A DNA stretch of 64,000 bases, from positions 288,001 through 352,000 of the forward strand of contig CAWEYG010000003.1 in assembly GCA_963813155.1 (NCBI GenBank), read 5' to 3'. The translations under genes and the position numbers were made by a program. Each line of letters starts with the position of its first letter. Positions within the stretch are counted from its first letter, which is position 1. The stretch comes from an uncultured Acidobacteriota bacterium. GTDB lineage: Bacteria > Acidobacteriota > Thermoanaerobaculia > UBA5066 > DATFVB01. This document shows, piece after piece, positions 10,477-16,746 of this stretch. The notes below the pieces were generated by a model. The model did no database searches. It was not told where the DNA came from and saw only the letters and a list, made by a program, of their open reading frames with translations.

Positions 10477-10487
10477 AGACGGTAACC

Positions 10488-10902
10488 GTGAGAAGTTTCG
10501 TGAAGCCGCTTACCACCATTGTTCGTCGCCGTTGTCCTCACTTCCCTTTTCTGGAATTTGGCTTTCCGCCACGTTCCCGGGTCCATGGTGCTGTTTAACA
10601 TCGGCAGACTGGCCATCGCGGCGTGGGCAGGCTGGCGCGTTGTGTCACTCGGCTCGGGAAGTCTTTCCCAAGCCGCCCTATCCGGTGCGATCGTCTTCTT
10701 GATCGACCATGTGTTCTTGAAGGGTGGGTATTTTCTGGGCGAGGCCGTGCTTACTACCGGCGTCGACCGGCATAAGTACCTCCTCGCGTTCGGCGGCGTC
10801 TGCGTGTCCTATCTCATGTTTGTCGCAATCCCGGTCGGCCTCGCGGTTTGCGGAGGCTTAGCGGCCCGGTCGCGCAAGAGGGCAGAAGATGCGCCTGCCT
10901 AA
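10488..10902 (+). CDS. Cassette 6: 4-TM membrane protein
   Basis: ORF 10519-10902 ends at TAA in R''; GTG 10488 start inferred across an indel near 10512. Confidence 0.7.
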
Positions 10903-10957
10903 CATGCGCGTGCAGCGGACTTCGCTACGCTCGCCGCTGACGCGCAAGGCGTTGGGC
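10897..10957 (+). repeat. attC: attC6 (61 bp, divergent variant)
   Basis: GCCTAAC...GTTGGGC; one base shorter in the loop region and one longer before R' than attC1-type. Confidence 0.93.
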
Positions 10958-10986
10958 AGCCAAAGTAAGGGTGGCGTGGAAAACAT

Positions 10987-11343
10987 ATGAAGTTGAGCAC
11001 TTCTAGGCACGTTCTTGTCGGCTCGGCTAGCCTTGTAGCACTCAGCACTGCAGTTCTGCCGTCGGTCACAGGATATGGGACCACGCTTTTCCAAATCGTT
11101 GTGCTTGGCGCCTGGTCGATTGTTGCACACCTATCCTCTGGAGCCTTCGCTGACCAACATCAGGGCCCGGTGTGGTTCGTCACGCTCATCCTTAATGTGG
11201 TGCTCTTTCTGGTCCCAGCATTGGCGGTCTATGTACCGGGACGAAAGCGTTTGCCGATGTTGACAGTGGTCGTTCTACTCTCTTGGCTGAGCTTCTACCT
11301 CGCATCGCTGTTCTTTCTCTCCCCGGCAACGGATGGACCATGA
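10987..11343 (+). CDS. Cassette 7: membrane protein
   Basis: 118 aa, 3-4 hydrophobic helices, fills the cassette. Confidence 0.8.
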   Translation: MKLSTSRHVLVGSASLVALSTAVLPSVTGYGTTLFQIVVLGAWSIVAHLSSGAFADQHQGPVWFVTLILNVVLFLVPALAVYVPGRKRLPMLTVVVLLSWLSFYLASLFFLSPATDGP

Positions 11344-11362
11344 TGGCAAGCGCGGCCGGGCT

Positions 11363-11426
11363 GCCCAACATCGGCTTGCAGCGGACTTCGGCCTGCGGCC
11401 TTGCCGCTGAAGCCGGGTCGTTGGGC
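11363..11426 (+). repeat. attC: attC7 (64 bp)
   Basis: GCCCAAC...GTTGGGC. Confidence 0.95.
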
Positions 11427-11440
11427 GACGAGAAGCGGCG

Positions 11441-11756
11441 ATGACGGCACCTTCCATCTCGCGAGCTGTTGCCAAAGATGCTATCTGGGCTCGCCTCGGG
11501 CAGCTCCGAGTCGAGGTCTTATGACGATCTGCGGGACCTTGCTGATTCTAAGGAGAACCTCCGAGTCGACGGCGTTGACGCGACACTGTGCGTTTTCCGC
11601 GAGGCCCAGAAGGACGGCTCGATTTGGGTTATCGGGCAGCTCGCCACGCCATCACGACCTTTCCTCGTCGTATTCAGCAGCCGACAACTGTTCGCAGAAG
11701 GTCTTGAAGCGCGCTCTGACGGCTCTGTTCGCGTGCTAAGCGTAGAGGGAACTTGA
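11441..11756 (+). CDS. Cassette 8: hypothetical protein (frameshift near 11506)
   Basis: ATG 11441 MTAPSISRAVAKDAIWARLGQL joins ESRSYDDLRDL... of ORF 11469-11756. Confidence 0.55.
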
Positions 11757-11776
11757 TTACTTCACCGCAAGGCGTC

Positions 11777-11840
11777 GCCCAACATCGGCTTGCAGCGGAC
11801 TTCGGCCTGCGGCCTCGCCGCTGAAGCCGGGTCGTTCGCG
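11777..11840 (+). repeat. attC: attC8 (64 bp)
   Basis: GCCCAAC...GTTCGCG. Confidence 0.95.
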
Positions 11841-11846
11841 CCCCGG

Positions 11847-12209
11847 ATGCAGGTCCTGCGCTCGATGGCGACGCCGGGTCTGGTCTTTCTACTTGTGGCT
11901 TCGCTGGCTTGCGTCAGTGATCAGCCATGCAGCACGCAATCGCCGAAGCCCATGAAGGCCGACTTTGAGGTGCCCCAGAACTTCTGGGATAAACATTCCG
12001 AGGGGAGCGTCACGCTTCGGGTCATCGTTGGGACCGATGGACGCATCACTTCGCCGGAGATTCTCCAGAGCAGCGGTCCAGACTATTCTGCGATCGCCCA
12101 GGAAAGCGTCTTGCGGTGGCAGTATCACCCAGTGATCTGCCGCGGTGCTCCCATTTCCTTCTATCTCACGGTGACGGTCAACTTCACAAAGAGTGGCAAG
12201 AGTGGATAG
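11847..12209 (+). CDS. Cassette 9: TonB C-terminal domain putative lipoprotein
   Basis: LVASLAC lipobox-like; EGSVTLRVIVGTDGRI...SVLRWQYHP...TVTVNF. Confidence 0.8.
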   Translation: MQVLRSMATPGLVFLLVASLACVSDQPCSTQSPKPMKADFEVPQNFWDKHSEGSVTLRVIVGTDGRITSPEILQSSGPDYSAIAQESVLRWQYHPVICRGAPISFYLTVTVNFTKSGKSG

Positions 12210-12221
12210 CCGAGAGCGGGT

Positions 12222-12282
12222 CGCGAACACCGGCGTGCAGCGGATGTCGCTGCGCTCCACCGCTGACGCCGAATCGTTCGAC
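12222..12282 (+). repeat. attC: attC9 (61 bp)
   Basis: CGCGAAC...GTTCGAC. Confidence 0.95.
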
Positions 12283-12300
12283 GGTCGAAGGGAGCCTAGG

Positions 12301-12717
12301 TTGGTGAACGCTGTTCTCGCCTTGGCAGCGGCGGCGATGTTCGGCACCTCGATTCTGCTCGCGCAGGGCGCGACGGGAGTGGGCGAGCCTCAGCCAGTCG
12401 AGATTCGTATTCCGGAATACCCGCTCTGGGCACGGAAGGCCCGTGTCCAAGTGACAATCGTCGTACGCGCCTCGATCGGTCCCGACGGCACCGTTAACCG
12501 TGCCCTCACGGTCAAAGACCCCTTTGCTAACCACAAACTCGACGATCTCCTGGAGGAATCGCTGAGTCGGTGGCGATTTCCCGCAGCTTCCGGACAAGCG
12601 GTTCGGGCTTCAGACATTACGTTTCATTTCGTCTTAGGCGACGAGACTCTCGTTAAGTACCTTCCACCAAACGAAGTCTTCATCGAGGCGACGATACCGC
12701 CCTTGGTGACTCGCTAG
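12301..12717 (+). CDS. Cassette 10: secreted TonB C-terminal domain protein
   Basis: Signal peptide; PEYPLWARKARVQ...IGPDGTV...RWRFP; start TTG 12301 or GTG 12304. Confidence 0.8.
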   Translation: MVNAVLALAAAAMFGTSILLAQGATGVGEPQPVEIRIPEYPLWARKARVQVTIVVRASIGPDGTVNRALTVKDPFANHKLDDLLEESLSRWRFPAASGQAVRASDITFHFVLGDETLVKYLPPNEVFIEATIPPLVTR

Positions 12718-12727
12718 CTATGCGACC

Positions 12728-12788
12728 GTCGAACATCGGCGTGCAGCGGATGTCGCTACGCGCCACCGCTGACGCCGGGTCGTTATGC
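12728..12788 (+). repeat. attC: attC10 (61 bp)
   Basis: GTCGAAC...GTTATGC. Confidence 0.95.
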
Positions 12789-12802
12789 GACTCGAGACCG
12801 TC

Positions 12803-13231
12803 GTGAAGGGTCAACAATCGTTGCGCAATACGCTCGTGGTCGTGGGGGCATACTTCCTGGGGGCGCAGGTCGCCGTCCTGCTCTTCTGGCCGATGTCGCT
12901 ACTCATACCAACCTATTCTTCAGGGGAGGCAACCGCGGAGGCGAGGAAGATGGCGGTTATCGACGCCTTCTACCGTGTACCGATATTCATGGGAGCGGTT
13001 CTCGCAGGCGTCGGCGTCGGTGTGTGTCTTCAAAGTGCTCGGCCTCGGGTGTGGATCGTCGTAACCGGCGTGGTCGTCGCCCTCTGTACCCTATCCTCGG
13101 CTGCGTGGAGTCTTTTCCCTCTTGCCCAGGCGGTTCACCACTTCGAGCGCGCCGTGGCTGCTGGCTTGCTCTCATCGCTCGCATGCCTAATGACCCTCCG
13201 AAAGCGAAAGGCCGTGAATGCGACCGCATAA
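12803..13231 (+). CDS. Cassette 11: 4-TM membrane protein
   Basis: ORF 12785-13231 ends at TAA in R''; start ATG 12785 or GTG 12803. Confidence 0.8.
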   Translation: MKGQQSLRNTLVVVGAYFLGAQVAVLLFWPMSLLIPTYSSGEATAEARKMAVIDAFYRVPIFMGAVLAGVGVGVCLQSARPRVWIVVTGVVVALCTLSSAAWSLFPLAQAVHHFERAVAAGLLSSLACLMTLRKRKAVNATA

Positions 13232-13286
13232 CATGCGCGTGCAGCGGATGTCGCTACGCGCCACCGCTGACGCCGAATCGTTACGG
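13226..13286 (+). repeat. attC: attC11 (61 bp)
   Basis: GCATAAC...GTTACGG. Confidence 0.95.
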
Positions 13287-13686
13287 CTTACCGTAACGAT
13301 TCTGCTCCGCGTCTGCGCTCTGGTGGTTGGGTTCCTAGCGGTTGTCTTTTTGCTGATGCCAGTTTACTTTCTGCGCTATGGGGCGGCGCCGATAGGAGAT
13401 GCAATCGCATCAGTAGGCGTTATCCTCTTGTCCCTCCTCTGTATGCGCTGTTTTCGATGGCTGTGGCGGCGCACTCGTTTTTGGACTGATTCACGATCAT
13501 TTAGTGAGGTCGCAGCACTAGCGGCAGCGATCGCTCTTTGGCCAGTCGCGATATATTTTGAGCGCAGAACGGTCGGAGTAGCAATAGATATCGTGCACAT
13601 GGTCGACGTTTCTGCTTATCGTCGGTGCTTACACCCTAGCTCGTCGTTGCTGGCACCAGAAGGCCAATCACAGTGCTGAGCCCTAA
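13281..13686 (+). CDS. Cassette 12: membrane protein with no clear start of its own (frameshift near 13597)
   Basis: First TM (TILLRVCALVVGFLAVVFLL) begins right after the crossover, in frame with attC11 ATGs; last TM is in another frame ending at TAA 13684-13686. Confidence 0.6.
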
Positions 13687-13756
13687 CAACTGCGCCCAGC
13701 GGACTTCGGCCCGCGGCTTCGCCGCGGCCCTCGCCGCTGACGCTCATCCGTTAGGT
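13681..13756 (+). repeat. attC: attC12 (76 bp)
   Basis: CCCTAAC...CAGCGG/CCGCTG stem with longer terminal hairpin...GTTAGGT. Confidence 0.9.
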
Positions 13757-13766
13757 GCCAAGAAGT

Positions 13767-14114
13767 ATGGCATTCGCTGAGATCGAACTTGCTAAGTACC
13801 GGCGCACTCTCGACGCCTGGATCGAGAAGAATCGACCGCCCCCAGAAGTCCGGCCGAAGCTCGATTTCGGGTACCGCATCGCCGGGCAGAGTGTCGAACT
13901 CTTTGAAATTCGCTCGACCTTCGGCCGCCCCGGTGAGAAGCGCGAGAACCCCTTTGCCAAAGCGACGTGGAACAGGAGCCGTGGCGTCTGGCAAGTTTAT
14001 TGGCAGCGGGCGGATCTCAAATGGCATTCTTATCAACCGGTGAAGGCCGTAGGAACGCTGGATAAGTTTCTCCAGACGGTTCGCGAGGACAAATATGCAT
14101 GCTTTTTTGGCTAG
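13767..14114 (+). CDS. Cassette 13: DUF3024-like protein
   Basis: RPPPEVRPKLD, WQVYWQRADLKWHSY, DKYACFFG resemble DUF3024. Confidence 0.8.
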   Translation: MAFAEIELAKYRRTLDAWIEKNRPPPEVRPKLDFGYRIAGQSVELFEIRSTFGRPGEKRENPFAKATWNRSRGVWQVYWQRADLKWHSYQPVKAVGTLDKFLQTVREDKYACFFG

Positions 14115-14126
14115 GCCCGGCGCGGC

Positions 14127-14187
14127 CCCTAACATCGGCGTCCAGCGGATGTCGCTGCGCGCCACCGCTGACGCCGGGTCGTTGGGG
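14127..14187 (+). repeat. attC: attC13 (61 bp)
   Basis: CCCTAAC...GTTGGGG. Confidence 0.95.
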
Positions 14188-14195
14188 AGCCGAAG

Positions 14196-14762
14196 ATGAC
14201 GAATCGGTCGATCGCCGGTCTCGTTTTCAAGGTCTGGGGAATCATTTGGATCGTGTCGGCGGCATCATCGGTCGGCAGCGTAACGGCGCTCCTCATGGCC
14301 TCCTCGCCGCCCGGACCTGAGAATGTGATGATGCACTGGACCAAGATGTCTTACGTTTTCGGTACAGTGTCACTGCTGGCCGCCGGAATCGCTTTGTCGT
14401 GCTTTGCCAGTCGAATATCCCGCAGTCTTTTTCCGACGGAAGAGCCTGTCCACCTTGATTTCAGCGCGGCAGCGCTTCAAGCCGCTTTATTCGCCGTTCT
14501 CGGAATCCATTTTGCGATCCGTGCTCTTCCTGGGGTCGTCTCCATCGTTTACGTGCTTCGCACGAAGCCATCTTGGGACGCGCAGTCAGCCGCGTCGTAC
14601 GCGTGGGACCGCAAGCGCGAAGCGGTTCTCAGCTCCACCGTGGAGCTAATCGCGGGCGTAACGCTATTCTTCTCCAGCAACGCCCTGAGTAGCCTCTGGC
14701 GTCGGTTGCGCCCGCTCTCGGAAACCCCTCAGCCGGCCGATCCTCCCAAAGAGGCCGAATGA
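14196..14762 (+). CDS. Cassette 14: 4-TM membrane protein
   Basis: 188 aa, four hydrophobic helices, fills the cassette. Confidence 0.8.
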   Translation: MTNRSIAGLVFKVWGIIWIVSAASSVGSVTALLMASSPPGPENVMMHWTKMSYVFGTVSLLAAGIALSCFASRISRSLFPTEEPVHLDFSAAALQAALFAVLGIHFAIRALPGVVSIVYVLRTKPSWDAQSAASYAWDRKREAVLSSTVELIAGVTLFFSSNALSSLWRRLRPLSETPQPADPPKEAE

Positions 14763-14772
14763 GATCGCGGCT

Positions 14773-14833
14773 CCCCAACACTGGCGTGCAGCGGATGGCA
14801 CTTCGCTCCATTGCTGACGCCGGGTCGTTAGGC
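14773..14833 (+). repeat. attC: attC14 (61 bp)
   Basis: CCCCAAC...GTTAGGC. Confidence 0.95.
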
Positions 14834-14838
14834 GGCCG

Positions 14839-15243
14839 GTGAAACGCGGAGGTGGAAAGCTGGTGGGCCTGCTTCTCCTGCCCGCCATTGTCCTGATCGC
14901 CGATTTTGTTGTTCGACAGGTTTTTCATCCATACGGCGCCGCCCGAATTACGTTGAACGTTGTCCACGCAGCGGTTGTTGTCTGGGCAGGATTTCGAATG
15001 ACGAGATCCGGATTCAATATGTCGCAAGCCGCATGGGTCGGTGTAGGTCTTCTATTTTTTGATCTGGTCGTCGTCGCAGGGCCATTCTTCGCAATTAGGG
15101 GCCTGGCAGTTCCAGGTGGTTGGAGGTCAGCGCTAGGCGGCGGCGTGGTTGCTTCGGTGTTCGGTGCTCCCTTGGCAGCAGCACTGGCCGCCCTAGGTGG
15201 GCTCGCCGGGCGAAAATGGAGGCCTACCAGTGCGGCCGTCTAA
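14839..15243 (+). CDS. Cassette 15: 4-TM membrane protein, similar to cassette 6
   Basis: 134 aa; WAGFR...MSQAA and LAALGGLAGR echo cassette 6; ends at TAA in R''. Confidence 0.8.
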   Translation: MKRGGGKLVGLLLLPAIVLIADFVVRQVFHPYGAARITLNVVHAAVVVWAGFRMTRSGFNMSQAAWVGVGLLFFDLVVVAGPFFAIRGLAVPGGWRSALGGGVVASVFGAPLAAALAALGGLAGRKWRPTSAAV

Positions 15244-15301
15244 CATTGGCTTGCAGCGGACTTCGGCCTGCGGCCTTGCCGCTGAAGCCGGGTCGTTCGG
15301 C
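15238..15301 (+). repeat. attC: attC15 (64 bp)
   Basis: GTCTAAC...GTTCGGC. Confidence 0.95.
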
Positions 15302-15317
15302 AACCCAATCTCCGTGA

Positions 15318-15624
15318 TCAGCTGCGGCGTCGCCAGTAGCCCGGGCGCCGCCTCGTGTGCGCGACGGCCCAGACGATCAGGTCGTCGCCTCGTCGCTCGA
15401 AATGGAGAACGTACGGGAAGCGGCTCAGCGGCACCTTGCGGAACGTCGTGGTCCTCGACCTTGGTCGGTGTTCCTGGGAGCATTCCGGAGGCAGCCTTAT
15501 CGACGTAGTCGTCGACCTCCGCCTGAAAATCCACACCGAGCCCCGGTCGGGCATTTTCGTAGCGTGTCGCGGCCGCGAGGTACTCGTCGCGAGCAGCCTC
15601 GTGAAATCGAACTCGCGCGCTCAA
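15318..15624 (-). CDS. Cassette 16: RelE/ParE-family toxin (frameshifted)
   Basis: FHEAARDEY...YENARPGLGVDF and RFPYVL...AVAHTRRRPGYW in two frames. Confidence 0.85.
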
Positions 15625-15857
15625 CCGCGCTTCAGGGCTTTCGAAACTTCGGCCTTGACCGTCTTTCCATCGATCAGGAGCGCCTTATCGGCGTCGGACT
15701 CCCGCACCCGGCTCTCGACTTCGGCGTCCCAGGCAGCCTCAACGCCGGCGTCGGGCTCGCCGTCAAGGCTGGCGATCAGCTCAGAAGCCAGTTTCGCGCG
15801 GTCTTCCCTGGGCAACTTCAAGGCTGTGTCGAGCAGGGTTCCCGCGGATGGGCTCAT
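15621..15857 (-). CDS. Cassette 16: addiction module antitoxin
   Basis: ALKLPREDRAKLASELIASLD...AWDAEVESR; directly upstream of and overlapping the toxin. Confidence 0.85.
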   Translation of the reverse strand: MSPSAGTLLDTALKLPREDRAKLASELIASLDGEPDAGVEAAWDAEVESRVRESDADKALLIDGKTVKAEVSKALKRG

Positions 15858-15886
15858 GACCCTCATTCTAACCCGGCGGGCGAGGT

Positions 15887-15962
15887 GCCGAACATCGGCT
15901 TGCAGCGGTCATTCGCTTTCGCCTTGCTTCGGTCGGCTGCCGCTGAAGCCGGATCGTTCGGG
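15887..15962 (+). repeat. attC: attC16 (76 bp)
   Basis: GCCGAAC...GGCTT(G)CAGCGG/CCGCTGAAGCC...GTTCGGG. Confidence 0.92.
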
Positions 15963-16030
15963 CGGTCGGAAACACGCTGATGGTTAAGCGGCGCAACGCA
16001 GCGATCAGCATCGAGCGACCCGGTCGCTGA

Positions 16031-16288
16031 ATGCAGTTCCTTCGCGAGTTGCGGGATCGAATCCGATCGGGCGAGATCACCTGCACCGTTCGCCTGTGGC
16101 AGCGCTCGCATGTGAAGGTCGGGGGGCGGTACTCGCTACCCCCTGGACACGTCGTCGTGACCGGCACTACCGAGATGTCACTGGACGACATCACGCCGTC
16201 TCTTGCGCGGCGATCCGGATTCGTCGGAGTGGTCGATCTCCTCAAGACGGCGAAGCACGGGCCTGGACCGCCGGGTTTTTCTGATTGA
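16031..16288 (+). CDS. ASCH-domain protein (C-terminus possibly frameshifted)
   Basis: IRSGEITCTVRLW, VKVGGRY, ARRSGF motifs. Confidence 0.7.
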   Translation: MQFLRELRDRIRSGEITCTVRLWQRSHVKVGGRYSLPPGHVVVTGTTEMSLDDITPSLARRSGFVGVVDLLKTAKHGPGPPGFSD

Positions 16289-16339
16289 ATTCCTCTATGA
16301 GGCGGCCGGCAAACGGCGGGCGAGCTGGCGGCCTGCCCG

Positions 16340-16736
16340 ATGAGCGCTCGCGGTGTTCGCGTTTCCGACGCCCGGAAGATGCTCCTGAAGCTTGACGGCG
16401 TCGTCGAAGGCACGTCGTACCGGATGCCTTCGTTCCTCGTGAACGGCCGGTTCTTCGCGCGATTCCGCGACGACGATACGGTCCTGGTCCTGCAGCTCAA
16501 GGCGATCGCCGACCGGGACGTTCTGATGGAGATCGATCCGCAGGCGTTCTTTTTCACCGACGCACTACCGGAACTACCCCGCCGTTCTCGTCCGGCTCGC
16601 CGAAGTCCGGCGGTCGCTCTTGGAAGATGTCGTCAAGGAAGCGTGGCGGCACGTGTCGACCCTTCCTCCGGCCCGGCCGCGGCCGAAACCCGCGCGACCC
16701 CGTCCTCGGAAACCGCGAAAGCCGAAGCTGAACTAG
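16340..16736 (+). CDS. MmcQ/YjbR-family protein (frameshift near 16560)
   Basis: EGTSYRMPSFLVNGRFFAR...DPQAFFFTD then HYRNYPAVLVRL in another frame, TAG 16734-16736. Confidence 0.75.
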
Positions 16737-16746
16737 CCGTCGGCGC

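Larger units (their letters stand above)
8311..15956 (+). mobile_element. Integron gene cassette array, 16 cassettes
   Basis: 16 attC sites spaced about 380-660 bp apart, each cassette holding one short gene (cassette 16 holds two); visibly lower GC than flanks. Confidence 0.97.

Noticed and set aside
8706-15962. CRISPR array reading of the regularly spaced repeats
   Set aside because: Repeats are 61-76 bp with AAC/GTT ends, the intervening DNA is gene-sized, an integron integrase is adjacent and no cas genes are present
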